Of a stretch of DNA of 64,000 nt, positions 11,695 to 24,303 are shown in pieces (position 1 is the first letter of the stretch; the number at the start of each line of letters is the position of its first letter). The DNA comes from Octopus sinensis (Eukaryota): NCBI RefSeq assembly GCF_006345805.1, contig NC_043001.1:101184001-101248000 (forward strand). The letters are read 5' to 3'. The notes beneath the pieces are model-generated. The model had not been told where the DNA came from and did not search any database. It worked only from the letters and a program-made list of their open reading frames with translations. The position numbers and the translations under genes are program-made.

Positions 11695-11788
11695 ATGGGA
11701 ATCAAAGCCTCCTGGCTTCTCAGACCCCAGTCGAACCGTCCAACTAATGCTAGCATGGAAAACGGACATTAAACGATGATGATGAGGA
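11695..11788 (+). mobile_element. S3 element, 3' part
   Basis: GACCCCAGTCGAACCGTCCAACTAATGCTAGCATGGAAAACGGACATTAAACGATGATGATG. Confidence 0.8.
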
Positions 11789-11899
11789 GGATTATCTTAG
11801 GAATTTTGAGACCCCAGTGCCAGAAATGGCACCTAATATAACTTCAAAATGGGAATATCATTTATAATGTCAATAGTTATCATTTTCTATATATCTGGA

Positions 11900-12165
11900 G
11901 AGTTTCAGGAATGCTCGGCCTCATGACTGGCATGAACTGGTTAGATTTGGGGATTGATCCAGTACCAGACAAGGATTCTCTATTATTTTACCTGTTTTTT
12001 TTTTACTTAATTTTTGAGAGCAGTTGGGTTCATATTTAGCATTCTCGTTTGTGAGAGCACTTGAGTTTATTTCAGATATTCTCATTTTAAAAATCATCTC
12101 CACCTAATCGTTGAGAGGACGTTGGCGTTGCCTTGGTGGAGGTTTACACTCACTGAGTGCTCTTG
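11900..12165 (+). mobile_element. Possible non-autonomous Helitron-like element, 3' part
   Basis: Ends GCCTTGGTGGAGGTTTACACTCACTGAGTGCTCTTG, with a CACTC-act-GAGTG hairpin just before a CTTG end. It resembles a widespread metazoan repeat end I recall (GCCTTGGCGGAGGTCTGCGCTCTCCGAGTGCTTCTAG). Confidence 0.4.
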
Positions 12166-13355
12166 TTTTTATTATTATTGATGTTTTCCATTTTATTCCT
12201 AGTCAAATTTTCAATTCCCACAAAGGAAGTCAACTCAGATTCTGAGAGATGGATATAAAACCGAAATAATACCTTTATAAACTGGTGTAATTAAACAGAT
12301 TGGAAAAAAACTTAATTTTCAAATAATATTGTATTCCCATCAGAAGCCTCCTCATCTTGACCAATCTCAGAAAAAAAGCATGCAGTCAATCCGTTTATAT
12401 ATTCAACAATTACAGTAGTTACAGAAAACTGGAGCTGCTAATTTGCATACAGTAAGTGTTAACACTTTTTATTAAATATTTGAGGCTTGTCAATGGGGGT
12501 TTCAGTGTACACAGTTTCCATATATGATATTAAATGTGTGGCCTCTGTAAAGAGGGCTGATTAAGCTGTTTCCCTGAAGACTGGAAAAAAGAGGAATAAC
12601 CTGGACTCAGTAATTCAATGATACTCACAGCTTTTGAATTTCCAGCTTCCTTATCCTTGAATATTATTACGACAAGAGGTGAAAGCAACATCTGATGACA
12701 AAGTGAGCAACACAAATTTCATCACTCAAATCTCTGTGATTTATTTATTAAGTACCTGTAATACATTGGTGACTACAATCTCCATCACTCGTCCATGATA
12801 ATTGGCTTCATGTTCAATCAAAAGAAATCAATATATTGGAATAGATTTTTGATTCATTTTTACCAAAGTACTTTATTGTCTGCTTTAATTCTGGTGCTTT
12901 TTTTTTGTTTTGCTTTGTATCATTATGTTTCTAAACTTTTGAATCTATTTTTATTGTATTTCCTATTATTATTATATATTACAGTATTCAATAGAACCAT
13001 TTATCATTTTGGTGATAAACGATAAATTTAATGATATATTTTGTTTCTTTTGTAACAGACATTTATCTGGCTTCTCTAAAATATTGTTATGTATCCATGT
13101 GTTAGGACAGACAACTTCCAAGTAAACTGAATCTCTCATCTTAGGAAATTTTGGTTAGTTTAATAATAACATGAGGTTAGTAGAATGCAAAATATCACAG
13201 AAGTGCAGGAATGAAATTTGCATTGGGGTTGCAAATCCAGGTCCAAAATTTTTTAGAAACAAGATTGAGTTTTTACAATCTTTAATATCAAAACAAATGC
13301 AGGTCATCATCATCATCATCATCATTTAACGTCCGCTTTCCATGCTAGCATAATG

Positions 13356-13390
<35 letters not shown>

Positions 13391-14214
13391 TAATATTATC
13401 ATATTTGAACATCAATTAGATCAGACAAATCCAACAATGGGAAAGTAATGTTTCAAATCAGTCCAAAAATGTTTCTACTCTCATTCATTTTGGCAATGAA
13501 GATTTTCAAGAAGATGGTCAAAGCACTTTCATTGCCCCACACCCAAAACTTTTGGGGGTGTACTTGCATACGATGCACCCCCTATTCCTGAGCCAATGAA
13601 ATTTCATTTGTGCCACTTCTTTTAGAAAATCTCAGGCTTTGAACTTGTAAAAAAAGTAATGAAAAACCAGGCTTTCTTTTTTTTTTTCTTAGGAAATGGA
13701 GCAGAATGACTTGAATTGTCTCCAGTGTAATACTGAGACTATTTTTATTGATGCTGAGGTAAAAAAGATGAGGAATGTAATGGATTGTAGAGATCATCAT
13801 CATCATCGTCATCCTCCTCCTCCTCATCATCATCATCATCGTCATCAATATCTCCATCATCATCATCTTCATCATCCTTTTTCCCTTCCTTCTCCTCCAT
13901 CTCCTCCCCGTCATTATCATAATCATCACCACCCCTTCCACTTTTGTATTAGTCTTTTTCCCATGCTGATCTAAAGTGAATGTCTTTGACAACTAGTTTC
14001 TCATTCTTTGCTTGATCCTTTACCATTCCAACAGTGAGAGACCCCTTACATTAAGATCTGACATCAATTACTTCAATGGCCATATTTACTTCAATCCTTC
14101 TCCATTGCAAATGTTTTCTATTGTCAAAGAATCTTGCTTTTATCATTCAGTTCACCCCACCAGCCCTGCCCCAGTCGTTCCCATCTGGTATTAAGGCCCT
14201 CAATGATATTTCCC

Positions 14215-14855
14215 AACCACATGTGTCCAGGTTCAGTCCCATTGTGTGGCATGTCCAGCAAGTGTCTTCTACTATGGTCTCAAGTTGATCAAAGCCTTGC
14301 GAATGGAAAGTGAAAGAAGCCTGTTGTGCATGTGTGCGTGTTTGTGTGTGTATGGGTGTGTGCACATGTGTGTATGGGTGTGTGCACATGTGTGTATGGG
14401 TGTGTGCACATGTGTGTATGTGTATGAGTGTGTGTGTGTCTGTATGTGTGAGTGTGCACGTGTGTACTTGTGTGTGTGAGTATGTGAGAGTGTGTATGTG
14501 TGCATGTGCATATGTGTGTATGAGTGTATGCATGTGTGTGTGTATGAGTGTGTGTCTGTATGTGTGTGTGTGTGTGTGCTTGTGTGTGTGAGAGTGTGCA
14601 CGTGTGTGTGTGCACGTGTGTGTGTGTGTGTTTGCGATTGCATCTGTGTTTATTCTCCACTACCACCTGACAGCTGGTGTAGATGTGTTTTCATCCCTGT
14701 AACTTAACAGTTCACCAAAAAGAGACCAATGAAATAAGTCCCAGGCTTAAAAAGAAAAATAAGCATTGGTGTTGACTCATTCAGCTAAAAATTCTTCAAA
14801 ACTGTGCTCCAGCATGACCACAGTCCAATGACTGAAACAAGTAAAAGACAAAAGA
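14215..14855 (+). mobile_element. S2 SINE with an expanded ~320-bp TG microsatellite linker
   Basis: The S2 head/core (CCAGGTTCAGTCCCATTGTGTGGC...CAAGTGTCTTCTAC) and tail (GCTCCAGCATGACCACAGTCCAATGACTGAAACAAGTAAAAG) flank the (TG)n tract. Confidence 0.8.
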
Positions 14856-14869
14856 TAAGCAGCTGATGT

Positions 14870-15200
14870 CTTCATTATGATTGCTTGTCCACCTTTTGCA
14901 ATTGATCTGTTGATCTGGTAACTTCCTCTGAGGCTTCTCTTTACCCAATGTCTATCACTGTCACTATGTTCCCTATGAATAAAGAAAAAATACTTAACTC
15001 CGACCCTTTTGGCTTGTTGTCCACTTCTGGTCTGTCTTTCATACAAGTTAACCTGCCACGTCCAATGAATCAGGCCTGACTCATTTCTTTTCAGCCACAA
15101 CTTCTTTAAACTTGATGCTTATGTTTCATTGCCATGCAACATCACAAATCTTACACATATTTCATAAGGTCTGTTAAAATTCTGCGAGGCATTTCTATTG
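14870..15200 (-). pseudogene. RTE-clade LINE 3' coding remnant
   Basis: HGNET*ASSLKKLWLKRNESGLIHWTWQVNLYERQ resembles the RTE pattern LHGSETW....RLERNE..M.RWMC.V. Confidence 0.55.
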
Positions 15201-15928
15201 GCACATTGTCATTTCTTCAGCTGAACATTCTTTTTTTTTTTTTATATGAAACGATTATTGATCACAAATCAATTGTTTTTCTTTTAGCAGGATATTTTTC
15301 TTCATTGGTTGATTGAGATAGTTTGACGTCTGTCATTGTCCATATTTCCCTCATATTCCCACTGGTGATGATTCACTTTTTAATCTATCAGACTGCAAAC
15401 TTTGGAGATATTTCTTGCCGACCAAAAATATCCTTCCATTACAATAACGCACACAAAAAAACAGAATTCGCTTTAACTAATGTTATTTCTGAAATATATG
15501 ACTAACCGGTGGCATTAGTATATCAATAAATAGTTTCAATGTTATGATAATGTTAATAATGATCTTTCCCATCGATTTCAATGTATGAGTGTTTGAAAGA
15601 AATGATTTTTTAATAAAAACAAACAAAAACAGGGGGATTAGAAATAAAAGAAGCTGCATCAATTTGTGATGGATGCATGAAGGCAATTGGAGTCCAGGTA
15701 TGGATTTTGCTATGAAGACATAATGGAAACAATGATGATGTTTGATTTTTACCTGAGATTGAACAAAAAGTGTCTGCTGATGGCTGGGTGGAATTTATTT
15801 ATTGTTCTGTTTCTTCTTCTCAAATTGTTTAGATGGATCATGACACATTTTACACTTCCCAGATCGATCTAGGCAATAACTTAATCTAAATGTTAAATTT
15901 AGCTGTAAGGATTTTAGTGCTTGTTTCT

Positions 15929-16098
15929 ACTTACATTATTTACTTTTGACAAATATTTGTCCTCATCTTGTTTGTTGTTAACACAACGTTTCAGCTGATA
16001 TACCCTCCAGCCTTCATCAGGTGTCTTGGGGAAATTTCGAACCTGGATTCTCATTCCTAAGGTATTTTTCGCTGTTGTTGTTGTTGTTGTTATTATTA

Positions 16099-16143
<45 letters not shown>

Positions 16144-16212
16144 TCACTGCTTGGAATCGAACTCGGAATGTTGGGGTTAGTAGCCCTCGCTCTTAACCAC
16201 TACGCCATATGC
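15929..16212 (-). mobile_element. tRNA-headed SINE-like element carrying a hammerhead ribozyme (family B)
   Basis: Head with A-box TGGCGTAGTGG (16197-16207) and B-box GAGTTCGATTCC (16153-16164), then an (AAT)n linker, then the HHR and tail. A second copy lies at 41248-41567. Confidence 0.82.
15980..16025 (-). ncRNA. Minimal type I hammerhead ribozyme, family B
   Basis: GACAC-CUGAUGA-A-GGCUG-GAGGGUAUAU-CAGCU-GAAAC-GUU-GUGUU. Core intact, 5-bp helix I, 5-bp helix II, and a palindromic ACGU in place of helix III. Confidence 0.85.
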
Positions 16213-16223
16213 ATAACAGCAGA

Positions 16224-16299
16224 AAGATGAGGACAAATATCCATCAAATGTAAATAATGTAAATAATATACATAATTCCTCATCTCTTAAATATAGAAC
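16224..16299 (+). repeat. Inverted copy of the family B 3' tail abutting the element head
   Basis: AAGATGAGGACAAATATCCATCAAATGTAAATAATGT...CCTCATCTCTTAAATATAGAAC is the reverse complement of 41248-41322 and partly of 15929-15968. Confidence 0.85.
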
Positions 16300-16924
16300 A
16301 ATGTTTCAACTGATTCTTATATCTAAGGATTGGCCTTTCCTTACCACGAAATCCCTCTACTTGTGACAGTGTTAATAATAGTTAATTACTAATAATAGCA
16401 TTTTCTCCATTAAGTTAGAGGGAAAACATTTAGATGAGAGTAGCGTCAGTGACAAAGGTTGCAGATATGCAACAAAAGACCGAATGCTTAATGAAATATA
16501 TTCCTGTCATATTACGGTGCAGCAATCCTGTAAGAAAACACAGCTGTGCATTTGTTCCTTTAATGGATACAAAAACTGTTGCCATGATGCTATTGTTTTA
16601 GGCCGAATGCACCATCCCAGATTCCATCATTTGCCAAACAATTATCACTTAGAAACAAGTAGAACTAGAAAACAAAAACCAAAAACCATTAATCTACACA
16701 ACAGACTTGTTAATTGAGATGCTTATTCTTTTGTGATTTTTATGAATAGTCAATACTAGAACCTGTTGCACTCAACGTCCTGCAGATGGTTTAAGAATTA
16801 ATTAAGTAAATCTCACATGTCTGAAAGGGTTAGCAAAGAGACTGGGCTTTGATTAACCTCTTTTGACTGAATTAATTGAAAATGCAAGTGAAATAGCTAT
16901 AAACAAAATGGCCCGGTTCTCTGT

Positions 16925-17225
16925 CAGCGGTGACAACGAGTGTTCCAGTTGATTCGATCAACCTGCTCGTGAAATTAACTTGCAAGTGGCTGAGTGTTCC
17001 ACATACATGTGTAACCCTTAACTCAGAGAGATTCAGTGTGATGCAAATGGTGACAAGGCTGGCTCTTTCAAATACAGGTACAACTCACTTTTGCCACCTG
17101 AGTGCACTGGAGCAACAGGAAATAAAGTGTCTTGTTCAATGACAGAACTTACTGCCAGCTATTGAACTCATGACCTTACAGTTGTGAGCTGAATCCCCTA
17201 ACCTCTAAGCCACATCCTTCACACA
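16925..17225 (-). mobile_element. S4-related SINE
   Basis: The S4 tail (GTTCCAGTTGATTCGATCAACCTGCTCGTGAAATTAAC) and a tRNA-like head in reverse complement. Confidence 0.7.
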
Positions 17226-17337
17226 TTTCGCTATAATAATAATACCAGTACACTTTATAGACATGCATCCCATGGCATCATAACCTTCAACCTTCCATTT
17301 GGTCACTACACATTGTTTCTATCATCCAAAATACTCT

Positions 17338-17570
17338 TTGAATTATTTAATCTTTTATCTTTTACCGGTCTCAGTCATTAGACTGTGGCCGTGCTGGAGC
17401 ACCACCTTTAGTCAAACAAATCGACTCCAGGACTTATTCTTTGTAAGCCTAGTGCTGATTCTACCAGTCTCTTTTGTCGAACCGCTAAGTTACAGGGATG
17501 TAAACATGTCAGCATTGTCAAGTGATGGTGGGGGACAAATACAGACACACAAGCACACACATACATATAT

Positions 17571-17653
<83 letters not shown>

Positions 17654-17722
17654 GTATATATATATATCATCATCATCATCATCATCATCGTTTAACGTCC
17701 GTTTTCCGCGCTAGCACGGGTT

Positions 17723-17762
<40 letters not shown>

Positions 17763-17940
17763 ATACGTACATGACGGGCTTCTTTTAGTTTTTGTCTACC
17801 AAATCCACTCAAAAGGCTTTGGTCGGCCCAAGGCTAGAGTAAAAGATACTTGCCCAAGGTGCCACACAGTGGGACTGAACCTTGAACCATTTGGTTGGGA
17901 AGCAAGCTTCTTACCACACAGCCATGACTGTGCCTATATG
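17338..17940 (-). mobile_element. S2 SINE with an S3 3' fragment (17667-17727) nested in its microsatellite linker
   Basis: The two halves of S2 flank (TA)n...CATCATCGTTTAACGTCCGTTTTCCGCGCTAGCACGGGTTGGAC...(TA)n. Confidence 0.85.
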
Positions 17941-18974
17941 TGAAGTTTAAAAAACTTAATTCCATCAGCACAGCATCACAAAACTCCAGTTAATGTTATT
18001 TGTTCAGCTGCAAATAACGCCAATGTTTTGTAGCTGGCCAGAATGGAATTGTCCATTTGGCGGCGGCGGCGGTGTGGGGGTCATTCAATTTAGTATAATA
18101 TTTCTTACAAGAATCCAGACAATATTTATTTAAAGATTATGGAATCAAGAAATTGATTTTCCGGGATCTGACTCATCCATTGATGGATGGTTAATCCTAT
18201 TTCCTTATATATGAGATTTAAGGGTACTAACTCTTGTTACAGCATCCTCTATGGCTATTAGACTCACCACTGTGCAGAGTCTAAGAAACACCTCATCAGT
18301 TTCACAGCACAGTAAAAAGCTCACAACAGTTAACTCTTGTAATCCATCATTGAAGAGAACTAAACACAGTACGGAACGAATGTTAGTCTAAGCATGTAAG
18401 ATATAGAGCTGTGTTGAGGAGGAAGTGAATAGGGATGGGATCTGCATGAAGAAAGATCATTTAGTAAAATTCACAAATTGAGTAAAGGCCTTCTTTGGAC
18501 AGAAAAACTGTCAAACTGTCAGTGTTCATAACTCCAGACAGTATCATGAGCACTGACATGAGCATTGGCTATTACAAATGAGAACCAAGTGTTACTCGAT
18601 ACCCATTTTATTTAAATTTGTAAACTTTATTAAAAAAATTCTGTCTGTTGCCCAACAGCCAACTATTACTCTGTTTAATTCAATAAAGTTGTTATACAGC
18701 TAACATGGTGAAAAGACGATGATGGAATTGTTTAATTAAATCAGACATTGTAAAGTTTTACTTTAGAAATATGAAATTAGCCAAGACAAGTAGAATCTAT
18801 CGATGATACTGTCATGAAGATTCGTTCATCCCAGGCTGAAACAGAGAAAAAGCGAGATTGTACTTCATTTCAGCTTCTCAGTATTTAATTGTTTCTCAGA
18901 AAATGAAAGTAGAATTGAGGGGTGGATGAGAGAGAGAAAGAGAAAGAAAGGAGTGACGGGAGATGAGGGTACTG

Positions 18975-19375
18975 AGAAGAAGAAGAAGAAGAAGAAGAAG
19001 AAGGAAGAAGAAAGAAGAAAGAAGAAGAAGAAGAAAGAAGAAGAAGAAGAATAAGGAAGAAGAAGAAGAAGAAAAAGGAGAAGGAGAAGAAGGAGGAGGA
19101 GGAGGAGGAAGAAGAAAGAAGAAGAAGAAGAAGGAGAAAGAAGAAGAAAGAAGAAGAAAGAAGAAAGAAGAATAAGGAAGAAGAAGAAGAAGAAAAAGGA
19201 GAAGGAGAAGAAGGAGGAGGAGGAGGAGGAGAAGAAGAAGAAGAAGAAGAAGAAGAAGGAGAAAGAAGAAAGAAGAAGAAGAAAGAAGAAGAAGAAGAAT
19301 AAGGAAGAAGAAGAAGAAGAAGAAGAAGAAGAAGAAGAAGAAGAAGAGGAGGAGGAGGAGGAGGAAGAGGAGGAG
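18975..19375. repeat. ~400-bp (GAA)n/(GAG)n purine tract with a higher-order repeat
   Basis: AATAAGGAAGAAG recurs at about 19050, 19171 and 19298. Confidence 0.9.
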
Positions 19376-20307
19376 ATGTAAGACAGGGTTAATGATCCTG
19401 AACATCTAGAAAGGAAAAGATAAAGTAACATGCAGGCAACGAAGCAGATCAGACAGGAAAGGAAGAGAGGAATGGAAAAGCGAAAGAATCTAAGAATAAT
19501 GTTGCAAGACAATGCCGAGGAGAAGGAAGAGGAGGAGGAGGAAGATTGCATTCAGCCTTTTCCTGACCATGAAAACCATGGCTCTGATGATCTTCGTTAT
19601 CTTCAATATATGAACATGATCATCATCATCATCATCAACAACAACATCATTATCATCATTAACAGAATGTCTGATCATCTTATACTTTTATTTCCCCTCC
19701 TCCTCCACATCATCATTGTCATTGTTACTGAGATCATCGTTATAATCCTTATTATTGTTGCCATGGTTATTACCAACATTCATAAGCACCATTTTTTTTT
19801 TCTCTTCCCCATTAACATATCTGCAAAACCCTGAAGAATGGGCTGCAGGAAGTAAGACTACGATTTCTTCAGAAGCCAAACAGATGATAATAGCAACATA
19901 ACTGCAGGCAGTGGGGTGGGAAGCAGCTGCCATTGTTGCTGGTTAACCCCAGATCAACTCAGATTGAGCAGTCAATGATCAAAGGTGTTACGGCCATGAC
20001 TATCACACAGAGTTTTATCAAACACGCTAATGTGTATGTGTGTGTGTGTGGCTGAGGTTGTTTCTCTTCGTTTTGTATTCATGAGAGAAAGTTATACAAA
20101 TGAGCATCTCTGACACGCAAGGGGAAGCTCTCATTTCTAATCTTCTGTAAGAATATGTCCTGCCATGGGTAGATATTACCAAACTTGGAAGCAGGTGAGA
20201 GTTGGTGACATGGAGGTCATCTGAACATAGGAAATCTGCCTCAACAGATTCCAGCTGACCCATGCAAGCATGAAAGAGTGGACATTAAAAGAATGATGAT
20301 GAACAAT

Positions 20308-20713
20308 GCGCAGGAGTGGCTGTGTGGTAAGTAGCTTGCTAACCAACCACATGGTTGCGGGTTCAGTCCCACTGCATGGCATCTTGGGCAAGTGTCTTCT
20401 GCTATAGCCCCGGGCCGACCAATGCCTTGTGAGTGGATTTGGTAGATGGAAACTGAAAGAAGCCTGTCATATATATGTATATATATATGTGTGTGTGTGT
20501 GATTGTGCATCTGTGTTTGTCCCCTAGCATTGCTTGACAACCGATGCTGGTGTGTTTACATCCCCGTCACTTAGCGGTTCGGCAAAAGAGACCGATAGAA
20601 TAAGTACTGGGCTTACAAAGAATAAGTCCTGGGGTCGATTTGCTCGACTAAAGGCGGTGCTCCAGCATGGCCGCAGTCAAATGACTGAAACAAGTAAAAG
20701 AGTAAAAGAGTAA
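20308..20713 (+). mobile_element. S2 SINE, near full length
   Basis: GCGCAGGAGTGGCTGTGTGGTAAGTAGCTTGC...GGGTTCAGTCCC tRNA-like head, CORE-like CTTGGGCAAGTGTCTT, a microsatellite linker and a (GTAAAAGA)n tail. Confidence 0.9.
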
Positions 20714-22074
20714 TGGTATAGACAATCAACAGGTACCAAGGTCAGATTCTATTTATACTTCGATAGCATAATTAGAAAGGAAAGCAAGCATACAAGAAGA
20801 CACACAGCAGCAGAAAGCCAAGAATACTCAGGGATTTTGAAAATTTCTATGTCTTCCAATCTCATTTTTAACACCTTTCCATATCTGTCATACATGCCTC
20901 TCCGCCTTTGTCACCGCACCCCTCTCCCCTAGCTGTAGCCATCCCTGCATACCCCCTCATTTCCATTTCTTTCACTGCACATCTCTTTCTTTCCCCTACT
21001 CCTCAGTCTGCACATCTCCCTCCCTATTTTCTGATCTATCCACAGGCTTATTATACAACTGCTCTACCCCTCCTCTACTGCTACTCACCACCTCCTCCTT
21101 CCCGAGCAACTCTTATTTCTAACACCCCCACCATCTACCCCCGTACCCATCCTATGTAACTCCTTTACGGCAAGACACTGCCACTTTAGCACTCAATACC
21201 TGGCACAAAACCACTTCCTTCTTCACCGCAACAGCACTCATTCAATGATTTTCATATTCTTTCCAGCATGAATGATGATGATGAAAATCTAGGGTTCCAT
21301 TATCCAGAGTCTCCTTCCTTTGACTGAGGCAGTAGGGTGTAATCTAGGGGAGATCTGGTTACTAAAGTAGGTCAAGTGACTGCATAGGGGTCATTTCCAG
21401 CCCTTCTGTTGAGAGGGATCACTTCATTGGTTCATGTAGAGACTGTCACTTTTGTAGAGACACCTTCATTGATTCATTTACAGGCTTTCTCTCTATCTCT
21501 CTCTCTCTCTCTCTCATTGGCTCTCAGAGATCATTGTGGTAACAGTGGTAGAGAGAGATAGAGCAATGGCACATCTCTGCCCTGATCCAATTAATCATGT
21601 CGTTAGGGAGGGAATGTTTGTCTAACAGAACTGATGGTGGGGAAGAAGACTTAGTCACTGAACTATGTACCTTTAATTGGTAATTAACTGAGTGGTAAAC
21701 CAGAATGACAAGTGTGGGGAGGAGGAAGAAAGAGACTGTGATAATTGAAGGGCCAGGAAGCTGGATAATGATGGTCAGGTGTTTAAATAGACTAAATATT
21801 TGTCAGCAGACAATTGAATTCAACCCTGTTCCAGACCAAACAACTTGCTTCCATGGCTCATAAATGTTGGTCATGTCAACACGGGTCTTGCACGAGATAA
21901 ACTTCCTACAGACTTCAATAAAAATCGGAAACATTAAAGTGAACCATAAAAGTAACACAATAATTATGATGGCTCGTCAACATTGCAAATAACAATAACC
22001 ACTGTAATGATGTGATTCAGTTGAAAAGCTACTGTGTTGGTACAATTAATGGAAGGAAGGTGCATGACCTGCTA

Positions 22075-22370
22075 GTTAGAGTAGCTGATTCACACTCATA
22101 AGATTGTGAGTTCAATATGTGTTGGGATGTTGTGTCCTTGAGCAAGACACTTTATTTCACCTGACTCCAGTCCCCTCAGCTGACAAAAATGAGTAGAACT
22201 TGTAATTCGAAAGGGAGCAGCTTTGTCCCATTCTGTGTCATGCTGCGAGTCTCCTTAAGAACTATGTTAAGGATACGCATGTCTGTGGAGCACTCAGTCA
22301 CTTTCACATTGATTTCACAAGCAGGTTGTTCTGTTGTCCAGATGAAATGGAATCCTTGCCTCTGCAACCA
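22075..22370 (+). mobile_element. S4 SINE
   Basis: GAGTTCAATATG...GTGTCCTTGAGCAAGACACTTTATTTCAC body. Confidence 0.75.
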
Positions 22371-22621
22371 ATGAATTACCAGTTTTAAGTTTGATAGAGG
22401 GACTGCATGTTGGGAAGCATTTTGTTGCATACCTTTGCACTTTGTGTTCAAATCCTGGCAAAGTCAACTTTGATTTTCATCTTCCTGGGGTCAGTTGTCA
22501 TGTAATTGGGTCAATATAATTAACAATAAATATTAGATCATGATGTTGTTGCATAATCCCAAGATAAAACAGATCCCACCTTAGGGCACCAAGAGGACAA
22601 AGTCATTAGTAGACTGGACCA

Positions 22622-22955
22622 AAATCGTTAGCATGCTGGACGAAATGCTTGGCGGTATTTCGCTTGTCAAATTCCACCAAGGTTGACTTTACCTTTCATC
22701 CTTTTGGGGTCAATAAATTAAGTACCAATGAAATTCTGGGGTCGATGTAATTGACTAGTCCCCTACCCCAAAACTTTGGGTCTTTAGTAGAAAAGAAAAG
22801 CAAACATTTTGTCTGTCTTTACATTCTGAGTTCAAATTCTGCCGAGGTTGATTTTGCCTTTCATCTTTTCGGGGTCAATAAGTATCAGTCGAGCCCTATG
22901 GCTGGTGTAATCAACTTACTCCTAACTCTGAAATTGCTGGCTTTGTGCCGAAATT
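22622..22955 (+). mobile_element. Two S1 SINEs head-to-tail
   Basis: The S1 central domain occurs at about 22680 and 22845. The second copy starts at CATTTTGTCTGTCTTTAC directly after the first tail. Confidence 0.8.
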
Positions 22956-23519
22956 TGAAACCAGTATAAAGCAGACCTATTATGAAAGTCATTCCAAACA
23001 TGACTACCCTGTCTGTTTTGTTATATTTTTTATTTGTACACCCATTGTGTATCATTGAATGTGTTGTGTTTTTTAAGATGGCAGTGTGCAATTCCAGAAG
23101 ATTTGGCTGCTTTTTCTAGCATGATGGATGACCATATTCCTTTCCACTTATGATGATATCAGAAATGAGAATTATGATGCTGGAGATAATTTAGGTGATG
23201 AAGATGAGAGTGATGATGATGATGACGATGGTGATAGTAGGGATGATAATGATGGTGATGATGGTGATGATGGTGATGATGGTGATGATAGTGACAATGA
23301 GGATGGCTATGATTCTAACGATGGAATTATAAAAGCCATGGTTGAAGGCTATCACACTATTTGGCAGTTCATTAATTAATACATTACAGAATGATTAATA
23401 CATTTAAAGACACAGCTGATGGCTAGATCATTAACATCCCTTTGCTAATGAATTATTGTTAATGAATTTACAGTATTGTTTACAGAGCAATCCCCTAAAA
23501 CTTTGTAATTTGTTACCAT

Positions 23520-23790
23520 CTCTTCATCTCTCTCTCTCTCTTCCTCTCTCTCTCCCTCCTCTCGCCCCTCTTTCTCTCCCTCTCTCTCTCCCTCCTCTCT
23601 CTCTCCCTCTCTCTCTCCCTCCTCTCTCTCTCCCTCTCTCTCTCCCTCCTCTCTCTCTCCCTCTCTCTCTCCCTCCTCTCTCTCTCTCCCTCCTCTCGCC
23701 CCCTCTTTCTCTCCCTCCCTCCTCTCTCTCTCCCTCCCTCCTCTCTCTCTCTCCCTCCTCTCTCTCTCTCCCTCCTCTCTCTCTCTGTCC
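23520..23790. repeat. (CT)n/(CCT) pyrimidine tract with ~21-bp higher-order units
   Basis: Visible run. Confidence 0.9.
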
Positions 23791-23919
23791 TCTCTTGGTT
23801 TTCCTTCACTTAACATCGTTTTATCGTCTCTTTCTCAAAATTCCTCCATTTCTTTCTTTCTTTTGTTTCTGTACTCTCCCACTTCTCCCCTTTCCCTCCT
23901 CCAACTTCACCTCACTATC

Positions 23920-24105
23920 ATCCACCTTCACCACCACCACCACCTCTGCCATCACCACCACCTTCACCACCACTGCCGTCACCACTATCACCACTGCTGT
24001 CACCACCACCACCACTGCCGTCACCACTACCACCACTGCTACTGCCACTGCCACCGTCACCGTCACTACCACCACCTCCACCACCACCACCACCACCACC
24101 ACTTT
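23920..24105. repeat. (CAC)n-type microsatellite
   Basis: Visible run. Confidence 0.9.
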
Positions 24106-24245
24106 CTCGTCAGAGTCATTACAGATTGAGAATTAAATTTGTACAGGTGGATCTAGTGACAGTGCTTTGTTGAATTTTGTTGGGTTTTTTTTTCCAATTC
24201 ATGTGTTTGGCCTTGGAGTAAGTTGTTTGATTTAGGCAAGCAGAA

Positions 24246-24303
<58 letters not shown>

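Noticed and set aside
12629-12691. Minus-strand candidate exon MLLSPLVVIIFKDKEAGNSKA with a GTGAGT donor
   Set aside because: Unrecognised peptide; such site pairs are expected by chance
13555-13583. GGGGGTGTA...TGCACCCCC hairpin
   Set aside because: An isolated 9-bp stem with no context that gives it meaning
16137-16212. tRNA-like sequence with A and B boxes
   Set aside because: The acceptor and anticodon stems pair poorly and it is embedded in a repeated element, so it is a SINE head rather than a tRNA gene. The same applies to the S1, S2, S4 and S5 heads.
18270-18361. Minus-strand candidate exon LFNDGLQELTVVSFLLCCETDEVFLRLCTV
   Set aside because: Good donor but weak acceptor and no homology
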